DNA from: Octopus sinensis
Lineage: Eukaryota
Length of the DNA: 64,000 bases
NCBI RefSeq assembly: GCF_006345805.1
Contig: NC_042997.1
Span: forward strand, 138,508,001-138,572,000
Reading direction: 5' to 3'
Part shown: positions 26,578 through 39,072 of the stretch, one piece after another
How the letters are laid out: every line of letters starts with the position of its first letter
Numbering within the stretch: position 1 is the first letter of the stretch
Made by a program: the position numbers and the translations under genes
The notes under the pieces: model-generated
Seen by the model: the letters and a program-made list of their open reading frames with translations, nothing else
Databases searched by the model: none
Told to the model about the DNA's origin: nothing

Positions 26578-26955
26578 TCTTTTATCAGTTACATGTTTCA
26601 GTCATTAAACTACAGCCATGCTGGGGCACTGCCTCGAATTTTTAGCTGAATGAATTGACCCCAGTATTTCTTTTTTAAATCTGGTACTTATTCCATTGGT
26701 CTTTTGCTGAACTGCTAAGTTACAAGGATGTAAACACACCAACACTGGTTGTCAAGCAGTAGTGGAGGGACAAACACAGATATACATACACATACATATA
26801 TACACATATATACAGCAGGCTTCTTTCAGTTTCTGTCTACCAAATCGACTCACAAGGCTTTGGTCAGCCTGAGGTAGAAGACACTTGCTCAGGGTGCCAT
26901 GTTGTGGAACTGAACTCGGAACCATGTGGTTGGAAAGCAAGCTTCTCACCACATG
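26578..26955 (-). mobile_element. SINE family A, near full length
   Basis: Same architecture as 18409-18816. Confidence 0.9.
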
Positions 26956-27490
26956 AGACTAGAATTGTTGATTAAGCAAAAACACAATGTTGTCATGGCA
27001 GCTTGATTTGAAGTTGTCTTAATGACAGATAATTCAACTTACAACCTTCACAGGTTCAGATGTTTTCCCTGTGCGCGTGTGTGTGCATGTGTGTGTGATA
27101 CAACATGATGGTGCAATTCTTATGACCTTATCCCCGACGCTACATCAGACAAAGTCATTGAGCAAAACAGTGAACATGACAATATAATGTAGTTTTGCTT
27201 GCTGTATCAGCACAGCATAAATATTAGACGGAGAAACTGTCAAGATGACCGGGTCACTAAACAAGATAACAAATGCTTGACTGTCTGGCAGATGATAGTG
27301 TTGCAAAGTTGTTACAAACAAATTAAATGATGGAACAAATCTATCAAGGCCAAAAGATATTTTAATTGGAGAAGAGAAAGTTGAAGTGAGAGTAAACAGA
27401 CAGAAACTGTGCTGAAACTTGTGTGCATATGTGTTTATGTCCACATAAATTGGTGCACCAAGTTATCTCTCTTTATGCACCCCACCCCCA

Positions 27491-27790
27491 CTGTGGAGGC
27501 ACATGGCCTAGTGGTTAGAGCAACGGACTCACGGTCAAGGGATCGCGGGTTCAAATTGCAGACTGGGCAATGTGTGTGTTTATGAGCGAAACACCTAAGC
27601 TCCACGTGGCTCCGGCAAAATGTAATGGCGAACTTCTGCTGACTCTTTCGCCACAACTTTCTCTCACTCTTTCCTCCTGCATCTTGCAGTTCATCTGCGA
27701 CGGACTGGCGTCCTGTCCAGGTGGGGAACCTATACACCAAGGAAACCGGGAAACTGGCCCTTATGAGCCAGGCATGGCTTGAGAAGGAAC
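27491..27790 (+). mobile_element. SINE family C variant (tRNA head)
   Basis: TGGAGGCACATGGCCTAGTGGTTAGAGCAACGGACTCACGGTCAAGGGATCGCGGGTTCAAAT head and TTTATGAGCGAAACACCTAAGCTCCACG body, shared with 42814-43112 and 53018-53328, but with a different 3' part. Confidence 0.85.
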
Positions 27791-28343
27791 AAACACCCCG
27801 CCCCCACTAGAAAATAAACTTTAAAGTGTTACCCCCATAGTCTAGTGACTGAAACCATCACCAGGATTTAAGGCTGAAATGGGTTAGACAGTTTGACAGG
27901 ACCCAGCAAGCCAAAGAACTGCATTGAACTCCATTGTCAAGCTTTGATATGGTTTCTACAGCTGGATGTCCTTGTTAACACCAACCACTTTACAGTAAGC
28001 ACTGGAAGCATTTTTTTTTTTTGTAGTGGTGAGGTTAATTTTTCTGTTCATCCTTAATGATTGCTATTAAATAAAGTAACAGTCAAGTATTGGGGCTGAT
28101 GTAATCAACTCTATTCCACCTCCACGTTTGTGATTGTATGCCTAATTTAGAAACAACTATATACAAAGCATTCTGTATAAGTAAAAATTTTCATGCATCT
28201 TGAACTGCATTATCCAATATGTCTTCACGCCCCCCCTTTTTTTTTTAAGACAATAAGGTGTCCCCTCATTGATTCACATTGGGTAAGTAGAATGATTATA
28301 TGTTTCTTTGTTGACCTACAGTTTTCTTGTTTTAATATTCTGT

Positions 28344-28711
28344 AGGAGTGGCTGTGTGGTAAGTAACTTGCTTACCAACCACATGGTTCCGGGTTCAGTC
28401 TCACCGCGTAGGACTTTGGGGAAGTGTCTTCTACTATAGCCTCAGGCCGACCAAAGCCTTGTGAGTGGATTTGGTAGACGGAAACTGAAAGAAGCCCGTC
28501 GTATATATGTATATGTGTGTGTGTGTTTTCCCTCCAACATCGCTTGACAACCAATGCTGGTGTGTTTGTGTCCCTGTAACTTAGTAGTTCGGCAAGAGGC
28601 CGGTAGCATAAGTACTAGGCTTACAAAAAATAAGTCCTGGGGTCGATTTGCTCGACTAAAGGCAGTGCTCCAGCATGGCTGCAGTCAAATGACTGAAACA
28701 AGTAAAAGAGT
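28344..28711 (+). mobile_element. SINE family A, full length, young
   Basis: Close match to 30693-31077 and 35810-36160 across head, core and tail. Confidence 0.95.
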
Positions 28712-29269
28712 ATTATGAAAGGGCTTTTTATTGAGCTTATATGTATGGAGAAACCTGAAGGTCACCTCACCCTAAATATAATGATGAAATACAAATTTTG
28801 ATGAAGAAATGAAACAAAGCAAAAATTGTATCTGAACACTAAATTCGAAACTTTAATTCTCTCACCATAACAGCTATTGATTTTGGCATCTTCAAACATA
28901 GTGATAAGTTCATAATTAGCTGAATCAAGAAGACACTTCTCATCTAGCTGAAGTGTCAAGAATTTATATTCTATCACTGGCTTTCATCATCATCATCATC
29001 ATCAATGTTTTAACATCTACTTTTCCATGTTCACATGGGCTAGATGGAATTTGTTGAGGTAGATTTTTCCTACAACCATATGCTCTTTCCATCACCAACC
29101 CTCAACTGTTTCCAAATAGGGTAATATTTCCCCATGACCAGATATGTCTCAGAAGATTGGAAACAGAGGATAACACCTACATGGTGGCAAAACTCACTTG
29201 TGACTGTCACATGATGTGAAGGTAAGGAGGCAGTAACACACACACATACAACAGACTCCCTTCAGTTTC

Positions 29270-29500
29270 TTATTTCTTTACTGCCCACAAGGGGCTACAC
29301 ACAAAGGGGACAAACAAAGACAGACAAATGGATTAAGTCGATTACATTGACCCCAGTGTGTAACTGGTACTTATTTAATCGACCCCGAAAGGATGAAAGG
29401 CAAAGTTGACAGTGGCAGAATTTGAACTCAGAACATAGCGCAGATGAAATACCACTAAGCATTTCGCTTGGCAAGCTAACATTTCTGCCAGCTTGCTGTC
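29270..29500 (-). mobile_element. SINE family D with the CCCCTTGTGGGCAGTAAAGAAAT tail type
   Basis: Homologous to 13572-13788. Another 3' fragment is at about 45130-45290. Confidence 0.85.
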
Positions 29501-30142
29501 TTCCTTCAGTTTCTGTATGCCAAATCCATTCGCCAGGCTATGGTTGGCCCAGAGCTATAGTAGAAGCCACCTACCCTAGGTATCATGCAATGGATTGAAC
29601 CTGAAACCATGTGGTTGTGAAGCAAACTTCTTACCAAACAGCCATGGCTGCATCTTACTGTGCTTTATTATTTTGGAGAAGTCTCTTACAATGGCTTAGC
29701 TGTAAAATAGGTACATTATAAAAGTAAAACTCATTGCTATCACATTGGAAGAAATTGGGGGCATTTCAATCCCAAGTCAGCTCTGACCAAGCGCATCCAT
29801 GATAAAGTATTCCAACCATGACTATCCTATCTTTCTTCAAGAAATTTATCATCATCATCATTTAATGTCTATCTTCCATGATGGTATGGATTAGACAGTT
29901 TGATTGGAACTGGTAAGCCAGAGTGCTGCACCAGGCTCCAGTCTGATTTGGCTTGATTTCTACAGCTGGATCCCTTCCTAATGCCAACCATTCTACAGAG
30001 TGTACTGGGTATCCTTTACATGTCACCAGCATTTTAGAGAATATTATCCAATGTGTTTTTTTTTTTCTAATTTTAAGATGGTAATGTGTGGTTTGATGAC
30101 GACTTAGCTGCTACTTCTAGCAAATTCAGTCATCATGTAGAG

Positions 30143-30289
30143 CAGGCTTGGGCAACCGTTTTTCAAGAAGTGGGCTGCATGAAACACGATTCATTGTCAA
30201 GCAGACTGCACTACCAAAATAGTCAAGATAATTTTTCATTATGTGTGCCATTTAGAATGTCTTGTGGGCTGCAGTTTACCCATGGCTAA
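30143..30289. mobile_element. hAT (Charlie-like) MITE with 8-bp TSD
   Basis: Starts CAGGCTTGGGCAA and ends TTACCCATGGCTAA. ATGTAGAG is duplicated at 30135-30142 and 30290-30297. An 8-bp TSD is the hAT hallmark. Confidence 0.78.
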
Positions 30290-30463
30290 ATGTAGAGGTT
30301 TCTGTTAGGAAAACTGACATAAGGTACATTTTTCTTATTCTAGACTTGTAGCGCATAGTTCAAAACTGCTGGTTGGCTAGTTTATCCTTTCCAAAAGGAT
30401 CCAAGAATCATCTAGAGTTCAATCTTCTAGTAACACTTTCAACAGTATGAAAACTGACATTAA

Positions 30464-31293
30464 CTCTTTTGCATTTAAATTGACTATATCTGGCCAAAAT
30501 ATTCTCTCTGGTTTTGGCTCAAACAGATCCAGCTTCTCACACCTACTCTATAATGTCATACTAAAAACAAGGAAACTGCAGCAAAGCTGCGTGATAGTGG
30601 TGTCAGACATGGCATGCAGACCATCATATAACTTGTTTGACACAGCGTTTTTATTCTTCTCTTCCATTTTATTTTGACATGCGCATTACATACTCTTTTA
30701 CTTGTTTCAGTCATTTGACTGCGGCCATGCTAGAGCACTGCCTTTAGTCAAGCAAATCGACCCCAGGATTTATTCTTTGTAAGCCTAGTACTTATTCTAT
30801 CGGTCTCTTTTGCCGAACTAAGTTACGGTGACGTAAACACTCCAGCATTGGTTGTCAAGAGATGTTGGGGGGGGGGGGCACAAACACAGACACACACATA
30901 TATACATATATATGACGGGCTTCTTTCAGTTTCCGTCTACCAAATCCACTCACAAGGCTTTGGTCGGCTCGAGGCTATAGTAGAAGACACTTGCCCAAGG
31001 TGCCACACAGTGGGACTGAACCTGGAACCATGTGGTTGGTAAGCAAGCTACTTACCACACAGCCACTCCTGCGCCTATGTTCATTGTTCTTTTTCTGGTT
31101 CCAACTCAAAACTATTTACAGATCACAACCATCTCATAAACTGTGTACGTGAGGAGTGTTTTGTGCACCGAAGGTTGTGAAGTAAATAATCACATCATCG
31201 AAATCTTGAAGCCACAAGATAATGTATGACTAATTCAAAACAATGTGAATAAATAAGCCTTACATTTGACAGAATAACCTGAATGTTAAAGGG
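30464..31293. mobile_element. piggyBac-type MITE split by nested insertions
   Basis: Left part about 30464-30565 after TTAA; right part about 31186-31293 ending AATGTTAAAGGG. The two parts align to the halves of the 25068-25413 copy. Confidence 0.75.
30693..31077 (-). mobile_element. SINE family A, full length, young
   Basis: Complete head, core and tail. Confidence 0.95.
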
Positions 31294-31486
31294 TGCAAGT
31301 AAACTGAGGGAGGAAACTCGATATTCAAGATTGCAGTTAATATATTCAGGTGAGATGAGAGCAACTGATGTGGACATGTGACACACATGAATGATTCTCT
31401 TCCTTCCTCTTTTGGTGCTTAACTTCTGATGGAGTCATAAGGATACTGACATAACATGTGACATAGCTTTTATTGTTTTTCTTCTA

Positions 31487-31893
31487 CCTTTTACTCATTT
31501 CAGTCATTGGACTGTAGCCATGCTGGAGCACCACTACGAAGGGTTTACTCAACCAAATCAGCTCCAGTACTCATTTGTTTTTAAAAGTCTGGTACTTATT
31601 CTATTAGTCTCTTTTATCAAACTGCTAAGTTAGGAGAGATGTAAACAAACCAATATTGGTTATCAAGTGATGGATGGGGTAGACGAACACAATGACACCC
31701 CACCACACACACAAATATATATGTATTCAAGACAGGCTTCCATGTAATTTCTGTTTACCAAATTCACTGACAAGGCATCGGTCAGCCTAGAGGTGTAGTA
31801 GAAGACACTTGCCCAAGGTGCTGCACAATGAAATGAACCTGAAAACTCATGGTTGCAAAGTAAGCTTCTTAACCACACAGTCATGCCAGCACC
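31487..31893 (-). mobile_element. SINE family A, older copy
   Basis: Same modules, more diverged. Confidence 0.85.
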
Positions 31894-33939
31894 TACCTTG
31901 GGTATTTTTAAAATCTGAGTCCATCTTTCTCCAACTTTGAACATAATTAATATTTTCCAGAAAAAAAGGAAAAGAATTACTATCCCACCCTAGTACAGGG
32001 GTGGTGCTTTATTTATCTAGCCTAAAGAGATGAAAGGCAAAGTTGTCTTTGGTAGGATTTGGACTGAGAGCATAGAAAGCTGGAAGGAATATCGCAAGCT
32101 GGTGCTCTAACTGGGGAGAAAGAAGTGGTGAAGTATGATTTAACCCTTTGCCTGTCCTGTATATCACATGTGATACATTTCCCTGGTGTCCATACATCAT
32201 ATATGATGCCCATTCCTAATATTTTTTCAACCACTTGAGTGATGAGGGACTTATGAAAGGAAAGCTTTGTTTAAGTCAGAATGTACGAAACAAGGGCTAA
32301 CTAAAAGTTTGAAAACAAGCATGGACATTTAGGACAAACTTATGAAATACAGACATTCTATCTGGACAGGCAAGTGGTTAAGGATATTGTTGTTGTTTGG
32401 AGCTCCAAGTCAACCCTAATTAGAAGGCCTATGGTCAAAGGCATTCTAGCCATGGTAATTCTGAGTTGTTTTCAGATAGGGTATACCTAGGGCTATCTAC
32501 AATTACAACTAATGTGTAATTTCTTTTTTAAGATGATATGGTGTAATTTGAAGGAGGTTTTGTTGCTATTTCTAGCAGGTTGAGTGACAGACACAGCATA
32601 GTATGCTGCATATGTCCCTCTCTCTCTCTCTCACACACACATACATTTTGCTTAGGCATTGTGAGACTAATAACATGGTGTGGAACTCAATGTACATATA
32701 CTTCAGAATGAAGTGCTACTCAGGCACTCAACTATGAATCCACTTAGAGCAGAAACAGCTGTAAGCTAATGAAGTTCATAAGATAATCACTTATTTTTTT
32801 GTCATCTCCAAAAAAGAAAACAAATGTTAAGACAATAATGATGATGGTGGTGAAAATGAGAATTTCAGCAAACTAACAAGATCTACTTCATTGATTTTAA
32901 GAACATAAAAGAGAGTTGTAAAATTAAGAAAATCAATCCATTGCCATATTTTCTTACAGTTTAGTAGTGTTCTCATAGAGATACTGAACCATAAAGCCAA
33001 TTTTGGTACCATAGGTTCAAACACTGAAATATCAGACACATACATAGGCACAAGCATCCAGCAAACAGTGATTTTACTATGAAATGGATAGCAAAACAAG
33101 TTTCCTAGGTTTCGACTTTTATTAACCAAGACCTTCAGGATACTGTATTTCTTTCTACTATAGGCACAAGGCCTGAAATTTTGGGGGAGTTGGCTAGTCA
33201 ATTATATCAACCCCAGTGCTAACTGGCACTTATTTTATCAACCCAAAAAGAATGAAAGGCAAAGTTAACCTTGATGGGATTTGAACCCAGAGCATAAAGA
33301 TGCAAAAATGCGACTAAAAATTTTTGTCCAACTTGCTAACATATCTACTAGCTTTCTACCTATAGGATACCATATTAGAAATTGCAGAACACCAGACTAT
33401 CTACTTGCAATCTTCTGTATTCCAAAGTCCAAATTCTTTTCTTTATTTGAGGGCAGTAAAAATAAGTTCTGTACTAGAGTTCTTGCAGTTATTTATACCT
33501 CTCTCACAGAAATATGTTATCTGGTTTTAAAGTAAGAAATCACTATTTTAAAACATTTAAATAAACTAAATTGGTTATCAACTGCATAAATCAGCAAAGT
33601 TGATATAAATAAATAAATAAGTATACATCCTTCTTCAAACCATGGGAATACATACAAGTAGTGCTTATTTTTGGATTATGTAATACTAAATGGATCTGAT
33701 ACAAATCTCCCCACAGTAAGCTGCTAGTCTATCATTAATTAGTTATGCTACATGGAGACGAAGTTCAATACTTAGCTGTCTGTCTTTATAAGATGAAGTA
33801 AGATGCTATTTCTTGAGCAATGACATGTTGAATTACCTTACAACAGGTCTTGAACTGCTTACTCAGGAGTATGTAGGTCAATAAACTTAACCATTTAGCC
33901 AGTTATCCTTTACAGTGACTATTAATGATTCATGTAGTG

Positions 33940-34275
33940 AAGGTGCATGGATCAGTAGTTAGAGCGTCATGCTCACAATCATGAGGTAGTGAGCTTGATT
34001 CCCGGACAAGGCTGTGTTGTGTTCTTGAGCAAGATACTTTATTTCTCGTTGCTCCAGTTCATTCAGCAGTAGAAATGAGCTGCAACATCATTGGTGTCAA
34101 GCTGTATCGGCCTTTGCCTTTCCCTCGGATAACATCGGTGGTGTGGAGAGGAGAGACTTGTATGTACGGGTGACTGCTGGTCTTCGATAAACAACCTTGT
34201 CCAAAATTGTGCCTTGGAGGGAAACTTTCTAGGTGCAATTCTATGGTCATTCATGACTGAAGGGAGTCTTTACCT
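33940..34275 (+). mobile_element. tRNA-headed SINE related to family C
   Basis: GGATCAGTAGTTAGAGCGTCATGCTCACAATCATGAGGTAGTGAGCTTGATTCCCGG head, then GTTCTTGAGCAAGATACTTTATTTC core and a (CCTTTTTA)-like tail. Confidence 0.7.
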
Positions 34276-34431
34276 TTTTACTTTAATTATTTACATCATA
34301 AGAATTTATAAATTTTTAAGAAAAAGTGAGCTGATTCTTCTTTGGAACAATGGATCTTGAAACAGATAAAGTTATGAATAATGGCATGTAAATACTGGGT
34401 TGAAAAACCCTTTTGGATAGAAAATGTCAAA

Positions 34432-34503
34432 GGCTGCCTGTGAGACATGAACCCACATCTCCTGTAGACATGACAGGCATTCTACCATTGGGCTAAAGCA
34501 ATC
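34432..34503 (-). pseudogene. Decayed tRNA-Thr-like sequence
   Basis: Minus strand ATTGCTTTAGCCCAATGGTAGAATGCCTGTCATGTCTACAGGAGATGTGGGTTCATGTCTCACAGGCAGC. Anticodon stem CCTGT/ACAGG is perfect with TGT at the anticodon position; T stem GTGGG/CTCAC. Confidence 0.6.
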
Positions 34504-35809
34504 CTTTGAATTTCTCTATTTTAGAAACTTTTTCTTACCAACAAAGAATTTATAAACTTTTGAGAGAGCGTAAAATAATTCTTTTTTGGAACAAAGGATC
34601 TTGAAGCACATAAAGCTATATGTATTAATTATCGTTTTTTTTTTTTCATATTGGAAGAAGACTAAACAGTTTATGAAGCTATAGTCAATTATTGACTGCC
34701 ACCAGCAATACCTATTCAATTCCTAACTTATTGACCCAGGAGGAATGAAAGCTACAGGCTATAGCTGACACTGCCGTGGGATTTGAACTAAGGACGTCAA
34801 GATCTGAAATTAAAAACACTGTTTGTCATTTCATTTAGTCTAATTCTTAACTGCTTCTTCCTATTTCAGTTGCCTTAAAAAAAAAACAGCAAAAAAAAAA
34901 AAATAGTGAGTTGGCAGAAACATAAGAGCGCCAAACTAACAGACTAATAATTAATAGTATTCTATTTCATCCCAACAACGCACTGAGTTGAAATCCCATA
35001 GGGTCGAGTTTGCTTTACCTGTTTCCAGAATCAATGGATGAACCAATATGCAATGAGAATAAATCTGTCAACTATAGGCCATCTTGTGAAAATTATTCCT
35101 GTGTCTTATCTAGTAACAAAACCGCCCCCCCAACAAAAAAAACAAAAACAAGCAAAAAACCACCATAACTACAAATAAAATGAAACAAAAAAAAAAAACC
35201 TTGATACTAAATTAATATGTTCTGTAATATATTAATAAATCATAAAGTTAATTACTCGAGGCAACATCTACTTGAAAAGCAATAGCTAAGTAAGTTAGTG
35301 TGAAAATATTTAATGCAGGGAGCATCAACAAATCAGAGATAGTTAGTTCAATGTAGCAGTAGTCTGCATTTTGAAGTAGAGAGAGAGAGTGCAGCTAAGA
35401 CACAATGTGAATGAAAACTTATGAATCAGGATGACACTACTGCTGCTTTCTGTCAGTCTAGCTGGTTGTATGTCTCCCAAAAGCAGTCATAGTGGTGTAT
35501 CTCCTGCCTCGCAGCAGGTTGTAATGTGCACAGAACAAAGTTTGTAACAGTCACTCTGTAACAACAACAACAACAACAACGACGATATAATACCCTTCCA
35601 CTCCCTCTGCAGTTGTGCTGCTGTTGCTGCCACAAAGTTGATAATTAGACATAGACATGCATAAAACAATTACCTAAAGGTCTGGCTAATTTTCATGGAT
35701 AAAATAATATTCTTTATGCTCTCCACACTCCCATTTACAATACCACAACACATATTTATAGAAATACAAAAATTTTGAATACATATATATACATATATAA
35801 ATATGTACA

Positions 35810-36160
35810 AACCTGGAACCATGTGGTTCCAGGTTCAGTCCCACTGCGGGACACCTTGGACAAGTGTCTTCTACTATAGCCTCGGGCCGACCAAAGCCTT
35901 GTGAGTGGATTTGGTAAACGGAAACTGAAAGAAGCCCGTCATATATATGTATATATATATATGTGTGTGTGTGTGTGTCCAACATCGCTTGACAACTGTT
36001 GCTGGTGTTTACGTCGCCGTAACTTAGCGGTTCGGCAAAAGAGACCGATAGAATAAGTACTAGGCTTACACAGAATAAGTCCTGGGGTCGATTTGCTCGA
36101 CTAAAGGCGGTGCTCCAGCATGGCCACAGTCAAATGACTGAAACAAGTAAAAGAGTAAAA
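35810..36160 (+). mobile_element. SINE family A, 5'-truncated with a terminal hairpin; followed by an older copy at 36182-36540
   Basis: Body and tail are nearly identical to 28344-28711. The 5' end is replaced by the inverted AACCTGGAACCATGT. Confidence 0.92.
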
Positions 36161-37969
36161 GATATATATATATACACATACATAGGTGCTGGTGTGGATG
36201 TGTGATAAGAAGTTTGCTACCCAACCACACAGTTCTGGGTTCAGTCCTATTGTGGTACCTTGGGCAAGCGTCTTCTATTATAGCCTCAGGCTGACTAAAG
36301 CCTTGTGAATGGATTTAGTAAACAAACTAAAAGAAGCCCATCTTGTATTTATGTATATATCTAATATCTCGTATGTGTCTTTGCATTTGTCTGCTATAAC
36401 CAGTGTTGGTCTATTTACATCCCCCATAACTTGGCAGTTCAGCTTAAGAGACCAACAGAAAAGGTACCAAATTCAAATAAAAGTACTGGGTAGATGTGTT
36501 CGACTAAGCCTTTCAAGGTGGTGCCCAAGCATGGACATAATCCATTCATACATATATATATATATATATGATGATATATATGCAAATATGTGTGTGTGAG
36601 TGTGTGTGTGTCTATGTGCTTGAGAAGATCTGTCAAGTCAGGTGAAATCTTGTGGCCAATGCCAGTGTCATGTACCTGGCACTTGTGCTGGTGGCACATA
36701 AAAGGCACCCTTTGAACTTTGGACCTCTAGGAGGCAGTGACTGAGACCTTTGGCAATATACCATGCTTGAGAAGACCTATCAAGCCAAGTGAGATCGTAG
36801 TCATGGCTGATGCCAGACACATAAATAGCACCCACTACACTCTTGGAGTGGTTGGTGTTATGAAGGGCATCCAGCCATAGAAACCATGCCAAATCAGATT
36901 GGAACCTGGTGCAGCTCCCTGGCTTACCAGTTTTCAGTCAAACCGTCCAACCCATGCCTGCAGGCAAAGCAGATGTTAAATGATGATGGTTTATTAGAAA
37001 CATGAAAAAATGCAAATATATAGACCAAACAAGAACACTAGTCACAATAATGATATGTAAGAAAGGCAGCACAAGATGGCCCTGTCTTGTTTTCAGCATA
37101 ATAATAATAATATACATGAAAACAAGACAGCCTTGTAGCCTATCATGGATACTACAAATGAGTGAAGAGGAGTAAACAAATGATCAAACTCCAGTACATT
37201 ACTGCTACTAGATAGCAGAAGCAATAATAATCATTACTAGGAATCTGTAGTAATTGCAACAACATCTGCACTAATGATAATGATTATTACAGTAATAATA
37301 TATAATAGTTAAAATGTTAGATAGAAATCTGGGTAAAGATATATTTGATTATATAAGGTATCAGTACCTGATGGGTACTTACTTTATCAAATCATTTCCT
37401 CACTCTGAGAATAGAATAAAATGCAAAGTTGACCTTACTGGGTACTGAAGACTTTACCAGTTCTAGCATTTAGTGCCACAACGGCAAGAACAAAAATTTT
37501 TTTTACATAGGCACAAGACCAAATATTTTACAGGAAATGGGCGGGAGGTGGGGATTAATTAAATCAACTTCCCCCAATAAATTTGACTAGTTTTATATTT
37601 TATGGAGTGAGAAATGAAAACAGATGACATTGACTCCAGTGAGATTTAACAACAACAACAAGAACAGCAGCCACCTCATCATCAACGGTAGAGTCACACA
37701 GAAATAGAAAATTATATACTTTAATACCATTTTCCTTTTTTCTATTAGATGGCAAGCTTCCATGTCAATAATCAAGAAATATGAAAGCAAAACACTTCTA
37801 GCAGAAAAGCAAAGATTAAACAATAGACAACAACAGCTAAAAAGAGCATCAAAAGAAGAAAAAAATTCCAGACATAATGCATAAATTTAAAGTAAAACAG
37901 CCAAAATTGTTTAAAAAAAAAAAAAATTAACATACACAGATGATCAATCAAGTGCATGTGTGAGTCTCT

Positions 37970-38243
37970 GTTCTATATTTAAGAGATGAGGAATTATGTA
38001 CATTATTTACATTTGATGGATATTTGTCCTCATCTTGTTTGTTGTTAGCACGTTTTGGCTGATATATCTGCCAGCCTTCATCAGGTGTCTTAGGGAAATT
38101 TCGAACCTGGGTTCTCATTCCTAAGGTATTTTTCGATATTATTATTATTATATTATTATTATTATTATTCAGGTCACTGCCTGGAATCAAACTTGGAATC
38201 TTGGGGTTAGTAGCCCGTGCTCTTAACCACTACGCCATACCCC
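37970..38243 (-). mobile_element. tRNA-headed SINE-like element with a decayed hammerhead ribozyme motif
   Basis: Minus strand: GGGTATGGCGTAGTGGTTAAGAGCACGGGCTACTAACCCCAAGATTCCAAGTTTGATTCCAGG (A and B boxes), then (AAT)n, then AGACAC-CTGATGA-A-GGCTG-loop-CAGCC-AAAA-CGTG. Confidence 0.7.
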
Positions 38244-38512
38244 GTAGGCATTTATGGAGTGAATTTTAGGGCTTATAAATCTAATATTTTCCTATCCTTC
38301 CCATATGCTACTCATATCTGCACTCAGAGCAAGTGGGAAGAGGGAGAAATAGAGGGAGAGAGAGATAGGAGAGAGAGACATAGTGCTTGCTACTGTTCAT
38401 GTTTAAGTTTACACTAGGATAAGAAGCATCGTTGTTTCCATAATGTCACCATGTCTCGTACCCTAGTAGTGAGAAAACCGTCATCTAATGCATTATAATA
38501 ATAATAATAATA

Positions 38513-39072
38513 AATGCCCTGATGCAGTACCAAGCAGTGGCTCTCATGGCTTCTGATCTTAACTGATTGGAAGTGTTATCATGTACATTGTTTTGTCTTG
38601 GTATAAAAGATGGGCTACAGCAAATATTCTGCTCAATACCACAGGTTTGCTTGTCAGTTGTTTGACCGTAACCAGTTGAGCATGTCCCTTAGTGGCTGAC
38701 GATATGTGCATCTCTGATCACGAGCAGAAGTGGTGGGGGAGCATCATAGCCATGTGTTGAGAGGGATTCTTTGAGGTTTGAATAATTCACCTCTGGAAAC
38801 ATGGGTGTTTCGTTCAACATCCTTAAACAGCCCTTATTCAGGGACCTTTTGAGTGGGATGGGTTACTCGACCAGAAGAAAATTCTAACTGGGCCCCGCCC
38901 GCAAGATCATGTGCCGTTTATCTTGATATGAGATCACCATGTTGTGCACATATGGTTGTGATGCATGTGCCTGGTGTACCCCTATCAGACAGGTAGTCAT
39001 GATGGGTATACTACGCTTCGTATGTTTTACCCCAGTGTTACTTTGATGGCATGCACTGCACTCTCACTCAAT
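38513..39072 (-). mobile_element. Probable 5'-truncated LINE 3' end inserted in (TAA)n (R4/Dong-like behaviour)
   Basis: A GC-richer 560-bp block with (TAA)n immediately on both sides, ending on the minus strand ...GCATCAGGGCATTT(ATT)n. No diagnostic RT or endonuclease motif was read, so the clade is an inference. Confidence 0.55.

Noticed and set aside
27130-27460. Possible LINE RT remnant (CLADDSV..., PKDILIGEEKVEV)
   Set aside because: The motifs lie in different frames with several stops; too weak to call without a profile search.
35431-35547. Short ORF MTLLLLSVSLAGCMSPK... resembling a signal peptide
   Set aside because: 38 codons, no good splice donor and no homology.
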